Shown: positions 1 to 8,925 of the stretch, piece after piece | Layout of the letters: every line of letters begins with the position of its first letter | Numbering within the stretch: the stretch's first letter is position 1 | Assembly: GCA_964654855.1 (NCBI GenBank) | Contig: CAZZJS010000008.1 | Coordinates: 4,220 to 68,219 of the forward strand | Direction: 5' to 3' | Source: an uncultured Rickettsiales bacterium | GTDB lineage: Bacteria > Pseudomonadota > Alphaproteobacteria > Rickettsiales > JALZUV01 | DNA length: 64,000 nt | The notes under the pieces: model-generated | Database searches by the model: none | The model's input: the letters and a program-made list of their open reading frames with translations, nothing else | Told to the model about the DNA's origin: nothing | Program-made: the position numbers and the translations under genes

Positions 1-406
1 AAGATTTAATTGCTTCATCATCTCTTAGTATGTTCCAAAGAATAAAATTTCGGCATTCAAGATCATTATTTTTCATACCAGAAAGTGATAAACCTTTGTA
101 GGGCTTAGCTTCATCGTACATCTTATGCAGTTTTTGTAAGTCTTTATAATATTGAATAGCAGGCTCTATAACCTTGGCATTAAAATAATCTGTCCTCGCA
201 GCAACCCAGTATGAAACACTCCCCCATGAAGCCAGAAGACACAAAGCCATCAAAACATTCTTCTCGGAGATTGTTACACCGGAAATTGTTAAACCATTCG
301 CCGCAAAGGTGGCAATATCAAGTGAAAGAGCGATGATAGCTATACTAGCCCCCATAAAGATAGCTCGATTTCTGCGGGTAGAAGCACTCAAAGGGTCATA
401 GGCCAT
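1..406 (-). CDS. hypothetical 2-TM membrane protein, C-terminus cut by window edge
   Basis: Absent from the supplied track because it runs off the edge. ATG at 406, open for 135 codons down to nt 2 (MAYDPLSASTRRNRAIFMGASIAIIALSLDIATFAANGL...LMALCLLASWGSVSYWVAA...). Two hydrophobic helices. Lies 101 nt downstream of the OLD-like gene on the same strand. No clear SD. Confidence 0.45.
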   Translation of the reverse strand, partial: MAYDPLSASTRRNRAIFMGASIAIIALSLDIATFAANGLTISGVTISEKNVLMALCLLASWGSVSYWVAARTDYFNAKVIEPAIQYYKDLQKLHKMYDEAKPYKGLSLSGMKNNDLECRNFILWNILRDDEAIKS

Positions 407-507
407 GGGTAAAACTTTTAGTCAATTTCATATCACTCTCTAAATAACTGAATCACTCGCTGTATGATACCCTGATCATCAATATAGACATAACCGTCAC
501 TGATATT

Positions 508-2244
508 CTACTGCTGCCAAATCGTTATCAAATCATGCATTTTTTTAATCTCCATCTTAAGGTCTGGGGCGAAATCAGAAAGCTTCTTCTCATCACCCCA
601 AGTATCTACTATCTTTCTGGCTCGTTGCTTCTTACGCAGTGAATTAGGAGCAGAATCTTGGGACTTTTGGTCTAAATAGCTCTCAATAGTTTTGAGCTGC
701 GTATCACCTTCAGCATACCATAAACCTAAGTTATACCCTTCCTTACTCAGCCGCGTGACTTCATCTTTAATAAATCGCTTTGCGGAGAAGAAGTTCGATA
801 TATCGATGACTTTATCCTTATCCTCTTTAAATACAGCATCACTGTCTATAACGACATATGCATTTGGGCTGAAACTAAACATTTGAATAATTTTTCTTTC
901 TTCAACACCTTCATCACCACCATTTTTGATAAGACAGAGACTATCTAACAATGCGCCACCATACATCTGAAATTCATAATCTTGTCCACATTCAAAAGAT
1001 TCAAGAGCGTTTTCCTGAGCATACATTGAAAGCCATTTTTCAATATATATAACATCCGATGGACCCTCTACCCATATGACCCCATTACATTGCAAAATAT
1101 CTGAGCCTTTGCACCCTAAATCCAATAGTATCGAATGGGCATTTTTGTTAATTCTTGTGATTTTAGAAAAAAGAGTTGTCATCTTCATTACCCCTTTTTC
1201 TTTCTCCGCAGGATTATAACCATATGTAGGCCTTTGACCGAGCTTGAAATTACAGTCGTTATTCATCCACGCAGCTTTAACTTTGTAAATTGCGGCATTA
1301 TCTCCCATATTTATGAATTCTTGTATTAATACTGGGGAGTGAGATGCTATAAACAACTGCTTTTGAGTGTTTTGATTTTTTATTTCAGCACCTTCCATAT
1401 AGTGTTTTTTGGAGTAATCAGGAAGAAACTCTTCCCAAAAACTCTCGATTCTTTGAATGCTAGGCGATGATGTTTTGATATCGTTAGCGTCAGTTGCCAT
1501 CCAAGCTAAAATTCTGAGCAATCGCCTTATAGCTCGGGGCTCTAAATGTAATTCAGGTTCCTCAATTAACAGGCAGCTTCCTCTATAAAACTGCTGTATA
1601 ACTTTAGCAACATTCAGCATGCCATCAGACCATGAATTCTTATCAAAACTACCTCCTGAACTATGAGATCTGCTTTGTCCTTTCTCATCGAGAGTATGAC
1701 GCTCAATCAATACCTTAGAAGAAACAGAGATTTCTCTCTCAAATATGTAACTAAGAGCAAAACTTAAGTTAACGTGCTGTTGGACGGGCTCATCAATAAT
1801 TATCTGCGGAATGGACATGAGAAATTCAGCTTCTGACCAATTAGGAGAAATCAGCTTTACTTGCCTTTGAGCACTGATTTTTCCCGAAATAAGCTCACCA
1901 TTACGAAAACTGATATTTTGCTCTATTCCTTTATGGTCATCGTATTCAATATTAATATCCCCCATATAGTTGCCATTATCACTGCTTCGCTTACACCTAA
2001 AGTCATGCTTCAATTTTACTATATGAGTTTCAACTATTCTTTTGTTCGCACCATTTTTATGCGAAACAAGCGTTGAGCCAATAGATTCAGAATACGTCTC
2101 TATATTAGAAAGCACCCTGAATATATTGCTCTTTCCAGCACTGTTCTTTCCAATCAATAAATTGAATTGCCGAGCATCCTCTAGCTTTTGCTGATGTCTT
2201 CCAAACGATAGGACGTTCTTTAGGGTAAGGGACTTTACGAACAT
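508..2244 (-). CDS. OLD-family / PARIS-like ABC-type ATPase fused to a Toprim (DUF4435-like) nuclease domain
   Basis: 578 aa. Walker A GKNSAGKSN, Walker B/D-loop LLIEEPELHLEP, H-loop-like ASHSP. C-terminal Toprim-like Glu (VIWVEGPSD) and DxD (VVIDSD). The architecture matches P2 Old, GajA or fused AriA-AriB proteins. Confidence 0.75.
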   Translation of the reverse strand: MFVKSLTLKNVLSFGRHQQKLEDARQFNLLIGKNSAGKSNIFRVLSNIETYSESIGSTLVSHKNGANKRIVETHIVKLKHDFRCKRSSDNGNYMGDINIEYDDHKGIEQNISFRNGELISGKISAQRQVKLISPNWSEAEFLMSIPQIIIDEPVQQHVNLSFALSYIFEREISVSSKVLIERHTLDEKGQSRSHSSGGSFDKNSWSDGMLNVAKVIQQFYRGSCLLIEEPELHLEPRAIRRLLRILAWMATDANDIKTSSPSIQRIESFWEEFLPDYSKKHYMEGAEIKNQNTQKQLFIASHSPVLIQEFINMGDNAAIYKVKAAWMNNDCNFKLGQRPTYGYNPAEKEKGVMKMTTLFSKITRINKNAHSILLDLGCKGSDILQCNGVIWVEGPSDVIYIEKWLSMYAQENALESFECGQDYEFQMYGGALLDSLCLIKNGGDEGVEERKIIQMFSFSPNAYVVIDSDAVFKEDKDKVIDISNFFSAKRFIKDEVTRLSKEGYNLGLWYAEGDTQLKTIESYLDQKSQDSAPNSLRKKQRARKIVDTWGDEKKLSDFAPDLKMEIKKMHDLITIWQQ

Positions 2245-2506
2245 ATTATTAAGACTATTTCAATGGCTGGGATTTTACACGCACTTCGCACCAAGATGTT
2301 TACAAGGCACTTTAAACAAACCACAAGTAACAGCCAAAGTCATCGTTTAGGTTCTTAAGAAAGTAGCAGCTCTCTAACATTGCATTAGATAAAATAAGAG
2401 AGAGGTGAGTAGTATAGGCTTGGATTTCTGGTTATTTAGTCTTCCTGTAGAATATAGTTATCGAATTTCGTCATAACTTTCATCCAACTCTCACCACATT
2501 TGTCTT

Positions 2507-3055
2507 CTAAGCCCTCTTAAAGCCTCTTATCACCCAAGCTAATATACTTCCCAGTGCGTATAGGGTTAAAGCAGTTATGAGCCACCACTTAAAAAAGAAC
2601 CATATGTACTTTGCACGCTCATACACAAGCTGACTTTCGACCATTTGATTCCAAGAGCTTATAGTTTTTTCAATACACTCACTTAGCTTTTCAGTGCTGC
2701 ATTTTCTATAACTTTCAATGTTTAAGTGTACAGAATAACGTAACTTTTTATTGTGCTGCAGAATGATGTTTCTTCGTTGCTCTGACTCTGAAATGGGCTC
2801 TTTATCATTCTTGACCGCTGTCCTCCCTATCGTGGGTTCTGGAATCTTAGAGTTTGAAGAATCATATTCATATACATTAATGTGCTTACGAACTTCTCTT
2901 GGTAATGAGAGCAACACTTTTTCTTCAAAATCATGCTCAACAGGCATTTTGGGGTATTGACGATAAGCGTATAACGAAACAAACACGAACCATGACAGCG
3001 ATATCACAATCCATAGCCTTCGCCAGCCATTCAAATGCGGTAACTTAAATTTCAA
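2507..3055 (-). CDS. hypothetical membrane protein (N- and C-terminal TM helices)
   Basis: 182 aa. N-terminal hydrophobic helix WRRLWIVISLSWFVFVSLYAY and C-terminal IWFFFKWWLITALTLYALGSILAWVI. No recognisable family. Confidence 0.5.
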   Translation of the reverse strand: MKFKLPHLNGWRRLWIVISLSWFVFVSLYAYRQYPKMPVEHDFEEKVLLSLPREVRKHINVYEYDSSNSKIPEPTIGRTAVKNDKEPISESEQRRNIILQHNKKLRYSVHLNIESYRKCSTEKLSECIEKTISSWNQMVESQLVYERAKYIWFFFKWWLITALTLYALGSILAWVIRGFKRA

Positions 3056-3284
3056 TTTATTTACTCCTATAGGTCTCTATTTTTGCTCTAAAGCAAGATC
3101 TGCTGGTGACTGGGGAGTTTCAAAACCTACTATATAAGAGGTCACATTAACCTTTGCTCAAGGAGCTATTGTATACGCCAATGTCTCCCCAGCCAAAGCT
3201 AAGGAGTACGAATGACGGCCGCACAAACCGTATATAGTAAGAGGTTGAAAAGCCCCGCGCAGCCCTATTTCGACTACGCAAGAA

Positions 3285-3303
3285 GAGGATACATACCTGC
3301 GAC
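3285..3303 (-). repeat. possible degenerate, internally deleted copy of the tRNA-Ala att repeat
   Basis: GAGGATACA (3285-3293) and ACCTGCGAC (3295-3303) are two exact 9-mers of the att repeat, in the same order and orientation. The 8 nt GGAGTCGA that separate them in the repeat are replaced by a single T. Confidence 0.35.
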
Positions 3304-3989
3304 TTATTAGCAAGCATGGATGAAATACCATGGTATGATTGCTTGAATGAAAAAGGACCATAGTTGATCTATCGTGCGCAATGAGTTATATTGGGAATTG
3401 AAGTAAAGGGCTCTCTTGGCTCGCCTATGGGGGCATATATTATATTTAGTGTAGGTAGCCTTATCTTGCCCCTTTAAACCTCCTGCAGCCATGCTTATAA
3501 TGCGTTTAAACGTATACTAAGAATTATAGGCATCATCTTGACGCTTGCTGAGCACTAATCTACTAGAATGCCGTTATTTAATCCATAAGAACACCTAAAG
3601 TGCTATATTATATAGTAAATAACTGGGTTTATGTATATGAACTGCCTGTGCTGAAGAGTGATCCTTTGTTTTAGTGTTTCTTAAGCTGTTGATACTTAGA
3701 AATAGTTTTTCTGAGGAGATAGCCTTATATGCCCAGAAATAGCATTAAGGTATATTTATCATAACCTTATCTCTATTCTTGCGATCAATCAGGGGAGACT
3801 ATCGATAGTTAATCTCTTCTTTAAGAATTATACCACTGAACGCATTTACCACTGAACCTTCTGAATACACTAGGTTATTCTAGGCGTTCCTAGTAATGAA
3901 ATACTAAGCTATTCCCAGTATATATCCTTACAATAAAATAATATCACAGAGCTTATGTTCTATAGATTAAATCTTACTCTTAGGATCAC

Positions 3990-5756
3990 CTAAATTTGCT
4001 CTAACCCTTTATAGAACTTTAGCATATTATCTATCACTTGTTCATTGCTCCTATTCTGACCGAATTCTTTCTTTATGATAGTTTGCTTCCCGGGTGATAG
4101 CTTCATTAATCTATCTAATGCCTGATCTTCTATGACTCCTGTCGGATAATCAGCTTTAAGAGGCTTCTTACCCTGTCTAACTTTAGGCTTTAGGTGCTCT
4201 CCTATGAACTCATAGAAAGTTGTCTGGCCAGTTTCTTGCCAGATTGTTTGGCGCGCCCGTTGCTCGTTCGAATGCGCAAAGAGTTGAATAATAAGCTCTT
4301 GATAGTTGCCCCCTGCATCATCCTCTTTAGAGCTATAATAGTGCCTATCATCTCCTTTAATGCCATCTATGCGCACAGAACGTAGCTCTTTCTGCCCAAA
4401 ATCCTTAGCGGCTAGGCGCATGAATGCTTTCTGCATTCTCTCTTTCAGCCGCTCAGCAACACTAGCTCTGCATATGTAACTATCATGAATGCATAGAATA
4501 GGCTCTTTTTCTCTAATGAAGGGATACAGAATAGCCTCTGCGATCTCAGACTCATGATACATGAGCTCTGTGGCCATACCGGTGCCAAAATAATGAGCAA
4601 TCGGTTGATGGCGCATTTGTAGCTGACTGATTAGGAGAGAGGTATCAGGATGATCAGTGGGATAATCTTGAGGGTTTTCTCGTAGTTCCTTAGCGATGCT
4701 CTGCTTCACACTGGCCATGCTCTCATTATTAAGCAAGCGCATGAAGATCATCTTAAGCAGGCTTCTAAAGAGCTTATCCTGTATTTCATTACCTGTTTTA
4801 GGGTATTGAGGGAGTTCATATGGATCACCTATCTCATTTGAGTTAAGCCCCTCCATCGCATAAAGGATGGCGAAAAACATAGCGCGAAAATCCAGCTCTA
4901 CGGTTTCCTCCCCATTGATGATAATATAGCGCCTGAGATTGCTTTTAACGCCGAGCCACCATGCACCATAGAAGCGCCCACCTTTCTCAAACGATCCATC
5001 ATTATAGACTCTGTGGCATTGCTTGCTCGCAAGGTTAATGCGCTGGCCGATAGCAACATGTTCAAACTTTATATCAATGTCGATATAACTACGCTCTAAG
5101 AGTTCATTATAGCCTTTCAGAGCTGCACGTAGTGATTTCGTTTTATGTGTGTCATCATACTCTATGATGTTCTTATTGCGCTCTGCGTTACCTTCTGTGA
5201 GCTCTTCTCCATCCTTGTTCGATTTCTTTAGGATGATGGTTTCACGGTTAGGATCTCGCTGCGCATCACGAGCAGATAACTTATAGTCATGAAAGACTGC
5301 TTTGAGCTTCTCAGTATGGCGAATACGGGTAACTTTACCTCGCTTGGTTCTAGGGTCATGATACCCTGTATGTAGCTCTATATACTCAAGCTTATGAAGC
5401 CAATCCACAGCTCTTCGGAGGTTACGAATAGATAGATGAAGCTTATTATAACGGCTTTCGACATTATAATTACTGTTTCCCAGCATTATACCAATATAGC
5501 CTTCAGGGTTCGTCAAATAGTTGTTAAACAAGTCCAAAAGCATAACACGCAGGTGCCTCTCGAACTTTCTCCTATCGAAGCCACTTGTATCTAGTGTCAA
5601 CACCTCATCATAGATATGCTGGGTCACTCTCTTAGCTTCAGGATAATCACTCCACCGATGTACATCAAATGGACGAGAGTTATTCAAACGCTCCCCCTTC
5701 TTTTCATGGCTTTCAAGTTCTTCACCTGTTCCCGGGGTATATTCTAAATTAGTCAT
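3990..5756 (-). CDS. hypothetical 588-aa protein, possible replication/polymerase-like function
   Basis: Long ORF overlapping the integrase stop by 8 nt (5749-5756). Ordered motifs resemble a right-hand polymerase palm: VELDFRAMFFAILYA (D289), RSLLKMIFMRLL (R331/K335), LCIHDSYIC (H424-D425-S426). The assignment is tentative. Confidence 0.6.
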   Translation of the reverse strand: MTNLEYTPGTGEELESHEKKGERLNNSRPFDVHRWSDYPEAKRVTQHIYDEVLTLDTSGFDRRKFERHLRVMLLDLFNNYLTNPEGYIGIMLGNSNYNVESRYNKLHLSIRNLRRAVDWLHKLEYIELHTGYHDPRTKRGKVTRIRHTEKLKAVFHDYKLSARDAQRDPNRETIILKKSNKDGEELTEGNAERNKNIIEYDDTHKTKSLRAALKGYNELLERSYIDIDIKFEHVAIGQRINLASKQCHRVYNDGSFEKGGRFYGAWWLGVKSNLRRYIIINGEETVELDFRAMFFAILYAMEGLNSNEIGDPYELPQYPKTGNEIQDKLFRSLLKMIFMRLLNNESMASVKQSIAKELRENPQDYPTDHPDTSLLISQLQMRHQPIAHYFGTGMATELMYHESEIAEAILYPFIREKEPILCIHDSYICRASVAERLKERMQKAFMRLAAKDFGQKELRSVRIDGIKGDDRHYYSSKEDDAGGNYQELIIQLFAHSNEQRARQTIWQETGQTTFYEFIGEHLKPKVRQGKKPLKADYPTGVIEDQALDRLMKLSPGKQTIIKKEFGQNRSNEQVIDNMLKFYKGLEQI

Positions 5757-7476
5757 TCAAAACCTCATCCAAAAAGCTGAAATCAAGCTTCTGCATCGAC
5801 TCGTTGAGTTGTTTGTCACTTAAGCTGCTACCGTAGTTTCCTGATACACTGTTGTCTAACCAGCCACCTAAGGCACCAATTGCATCATGGCCTAATTCTG
5901 CTTCTCTCATGGCATCCCTATAACTGTGTCTTAGAGAGTGAAAGCAATCCTTTCGAGGCTCGTTCTTGACACCAGCCTTTATCTGTTGCCTTGCAAATAC
6001 CTTACTGTAAGCATCTGCTGGGTCTTTAGGGCTCATAGCGTCTTCGAATAGATAGCCCGTATCACCGCTTAGAGCCTTCATTTGTTGAAGGTAGTCGAAG
6101 AATCCATATTTACTTAGTGTGCTATTAACGGGGATCTTTCTGACCGAAGCAGACTTCTTAACTCGACGGTCTTCTCTATACTTAATATTGAAGAACCATA
6201 GGTTCTTCAATTCCTCAATTTCTTCCTTCTTGATGAAGAGAATCTCGCTTAAGCGTGTTCCAGCGCATAAAGCAATGAGGGGAAGCCAGAATTTGTACTC
6301 TTGTTTACGGTGATTCTTAAAGCCCATTACTCCATTTTCTGAAAATAAGAGCTTCAATTGGTCATGAGTTAAAGAGTTTCTCTTATTCTTAGCCTTTTCT
6401 TCTTCATTTAAGCGTATTCCTTCCGTAATATCATCAAAGGGTATTTTAAATTCCCTGTGAATGAACTTAAGTAGTCCCCTAAAATCCCTCATATAGCGGT
6501 TTGCTGTATTTGGAGATAGACGTTTGATAGAGTCGTCTTCTTTTGTTTGTGTGATGATTTCCTTAACGGTTTTGTTTGGGAATTTTTTAGTGATGTTGCT
6601 TGGTAAATGACGCAATGCATTCAGGAGAGTGCGGCTGGTATCAATATCGTACTCAAATACTAATGAATGAGGGCTTAAGACCTCTAGCATGACTCTCTGG
6701 TGAGCCTCTTTCTTCTTGCGTGTATCTTCGCTCTTTTGCTGATTCTCTGGTACGCTATTGTATTTATCAATGGCTTCTTGAAGGGTGACTCTGGGAAAAT
6801 CAAGAGCATTATTCAGATCATGAGTTGCATATCGCTTGCTAGGGTCAAGGCGTTTGTAAACTGCCTGAGATAAGCTTCTAACCTTTGTTTTTCCCATTCC
6901 ATCTTTCCAATCCCCCTCATTTCGTTTTCGAATAGTGTGGATGGATTGCACCTTTGCTTGCAAGAGCGCCATGCAGAGAGATTCAAAATTATGCTGATGT
7001 GAGGGCGTCTCCTCATCAAGTTCAATACCAAAGAGAGAAAGTTGATCATTGGCTTGTTGATGCATGATTTCCCAGTTGCCTTCGATAATAGCATCAAGGT
7101 ATTTTTGTTGATACTGAGCATCGCTCTTCTGATTATATTCTTTATAGGCTGTTACTTGTTCCGGTGATAGGTTTTCTAAGAACTTACGATTATGAGGGCG
7201 TGTGCCTTCATCATGGGTGAGCATGAGGTGATAGAATTTTTCACCTATCTGCTCAATAATCTCATCTGTCAGCTCTGGTTTATGCGTCATAATGCCTAAT
7301 TCATGCAGGATTTGAGAAGTTTGCTTCTTTGCATAATAGGTTGCTTCTCTGTAGCTTCCAGTTTTTAAACTGCGCCACACCTCTTTTTTACCAATTGTAG
7401 GCTGTAATTCTTTGGGAACATAGACGCGACAATAATAAGTTCCATCGCGTTTTACTAGGTTTGCTTGGAGTGCCAT
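5749..7476 (-). CDS. tyrosine recombinase / phage-type integrase (large, 575 aa)
   Basis: C-terminal catalytic region: TRLSE...HSLRHSYRDAM...GH...GGW...SGNYG (R, HxxR, H/W, Y). N-terminus LVKRDGTYYCRVYVPKELQ is typical of integrase N-domains. Start lies 85 nt from att copy 7561-7607. Confidence 0.85.
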   Translation of the reverse strand: MALQANLVKRDGTYYCRVYVPKELQPTIGKKEVWRSLKTGSYREATYYAKKQTSQILHELGIMTHKPELTDEIIEQIGEKFYHLMLTHDEGTRPHNRKFLENLSPEQVTAYKEYNQKSDAQYQQKYLDAIIEGNWEIMHQQANDQLSLFGIELDEETPSHQHNFESLCMALLQAKVQSIHTIRKRNEGDWKDGMGKTKVRSLSQAVYKRLDPSKRYATHDLNNALDFPRVTLQEAIDKYNSVPENQQKSEDTRKKKEAHQRVMLEVLSPHSLVFEYDIDTSRTLLNALRHLPSNITKKFPNKTVKEIITQTKEDDSIKRLSPNTANRYMRDFRGLLKFIHREFKIPFDDITEGIRLNEEEKAKNKRNSLTHDQLKLLFSENGVMGFKNHRKQEYKFWLPLIALCAGTRLSEILFIKKEEIEELKNLWFFNIKYREDRRVKKSASVRKIPVNSTLSKYGFFDYLQQMKALSGDTGYLFEDAMSPKDPADAYSKVFARQQIKAGVKNEPRKDCFHSLRHSYRDAMREAELGHDAIGALGGWLDNSVSGNYGSSLSDKQLNESMQKLDFSFLDEVLND

Positions 7477-7560
7477 CGTAACACCTTATCGTAACAGTTA
7501 AACAAAACTGCTATCAAACAAGGCTATTAATATATAAATATCAGCATATTACGAAGAAAA

Positions 7561-7607
7561 TGGTGGAGGATACAGGAGTCGAACCTGCGACCTCTTGAAT
7601 GCAAATC
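7561..7607 (-). repeat. att direct repeat (copy 3) = 3'-terminal 47 nt of tRNA-Ala
   Basis: TGGTGGAGGATACAGGAGTCGAACCTGCGACCTCTTGAATGCAAATC is identical to 32483-32529. Confidence 0.92.
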
Positions 7608-7724
7608 TTAATTTATATAAATACCCATAAATCACTGTAGGTATATTAGAAGATATTTATCAATGGCTTAAACCCATATATTTTGTTCTTGTGGTATCTA
7701 TAGAGGTGTGCGAAGTTCTATGTG

Positions 7725-7746
7725 TTGGTGCCTATTTGGTGCCTAT
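7725..7746 (+). promoter_or_regulatory. perfect 11-bp tandem direct repeat (TTGGTGCCTAT x2); candidate integrase arm-type or regulatory site
   Basis: TTGGTGCCTATTTGGTGCCTAT lies just upstream of the int B start codon (7759). The 19-nt core GGTGCCTATTTGGTGCCTA recurs at 17438-17456, at the other end of island B. Confidence 0.45.
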
Positions 7747-7758
7747 AATGGAGATAAA

Positions 7759-8925
7759 ATGTCAAATACAGTGAATATCACTAAGCGCTTTGTGGATAGC
7801 AAAGGGGCTGAACCGAAGGATCAAACCTATTGGGATAGTGCTATCCGAGGCTTTGGATTGAAGGTAACTCCGAAGGGGCGAAAAGTCTATTTGTTCAAAT
7901 ATCGCAATATGGCTAAAACTCAGCGCAAAGCTACGTTGGGAGTGCATGGCAATATCACATGTGAGCAAGCGCGTAAAATCGCGCAACAATGGTCGCATGA
8001 GGTATCACAGGGTAATGACCCCGCTGGCAGAAAACAGATGATAGGCGAGTCCCCTACGATTGCTGAATTATGTGATCGATACCTAAATCAATATGCCAAA
8101 CACTACAAAAAAGAGAGCAGTGTTGAATTTGATAGAATTCAGATTGAGAAGCGCATTAAGCCATCAATAGGCAATTTGAAGATAGCAACGATAAACCAAA
8201 ATGATATTACGCGCTTACACCATCAAATGCGTGAAACACCTACCCAAGCGAATAGGGTTTTGGCTGTTCTCTCCAAAATGTTCAATTTGGCCGAGAAATG
8301 GGGTTTGCGCCCCGATATGACGAATCCGGTACGAAACATTGACAAATACCCCGAAAAAGCGCGTGAGCGATTCTTATCGCAAAAAGAGGCGCAACGATTG
8401 CTTGCAGTGCTGGATGAAGAGGAGGAAATGGGGATTGAATCGATTTATGTTATTTCTCTCATCCGTTTGTTAATTTTTACGGGTGCGCGATTGCGAGAGA
8501 TTATGCATGCAAAATGGGAGTGGCTAGATATGAAAAAAGGCTTTCTGCATTTGCCGGATAGTAAAACGGGCAAAAAAACGATTCAATTATCGGCACCCGC
8601 TATATCAATATTAAAGAAACTCCCAAAGCAGGAGAAAAATCCTTACATCATTTGCGGAAAGGTTGAGGGGATGCCTCTAAACAATGCGCGCAAGCCGTGG
8701 CTGCGTATTCGTCAAAAAGCAGAACTCGAAGATGTGCGCTTGCATGATTTACGGCATAGTTTTGCTGCCTTGGCTATTGAGGCAGGAATACCGCTTTACC
8801 ATGTTGGGAAATTGTTGGGGCATAAACAATCTCGCACAACAGAGCGCTATGCACACTTAGCGGATGACCCAATCAAAGCAGCGGCAGAATTAGTAGGAAA
8901 GCAGTTGGATAGCCTCAATGGATAA
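7759..8925 (+). CDS. int: P4-type tyrosine integrase (DUF4102 arm-binding N-domain)
   Basis: Track ORF starts at GTG 7708. ATG 7759 has a GGAG SD. N-terminus ITKRFVDS...YWDSAIRGFGLKVTPKGRKVYLFKYR. Catalytic ARLREI...HDLRHSFA...LLGH...RYAHL. Confidence 0.9.
   Translation: MSNTVNITKRFVDSKGAEPKDQTYWDSAIRGFGLKVTPKGRKVYLFKYRNMAKTQRKATLGVHGNITCEQARKIAQQWSHEVSQGNDPAGRKQMIGESPTIAELCDRYLNQYAKHYKKESSVEFDRIQIEKRIKPSIGNLKIATINQNDITRLHHQMRETPTQANRVLAVLSKMFNLAEKWGLRPDMTNPVRNIDKYPEKARERFLSQKEAQRLLAVLDEEEEMGIESIYVISLIRLLIFTGARLREIMHAKWEWLDMKKGFLHLPDSKTGKKTIQLSAPAISILKKLPKQEKNPYIICGKVEGMPLNNARKPWLRIRQKAELEDVRLHDLRHSFAALAIEAGIPLYHVGKLLGHKQSRTTERYAHLADDPIKAAAELVGKQLDSLNG

Larger units (their letters stand above)
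1..7560. mobile_element. accessory DNA distal to the outermost att copy; at least one integrative element (possibly a minimal 3304-7560 int+588-aa element plus older island DNA)
   Basis: An integrase abuts att copy 7561-7607. An OLD-like defence-type gene is present. Long ORF-poor AT-rich stretch at 3056-3989 and a degenerate att-like sequence at 3285-3303. The left boundary is outside the window. Confidence 0.5.

Noticed and set aside
508-2244. Calling the 578-aa ATPase-Toprim protein GajA of a Gabija system
   Set aside because: No UvrD/GajB-like helicase gene lies next to it; the neighbours are small membrane proteins. It is kept as generic OLD/PARIS-like.
3158-3492. Two overlapping small ORFs (67 and 61 aa) in the ORF-poor region
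   Set aside because: They have atypical composition, no SD and overlap each other. The region is better explained as non-coding or decayed DNA.
7745-7750. TATAAT as the -10 box of the int B promoter
   Set aside because: It lies only 8 nt upstream of the ATG and directly abuts the GGAG SD, with no acceptable -35. It is more likely part of the repeat motif than a promoter.
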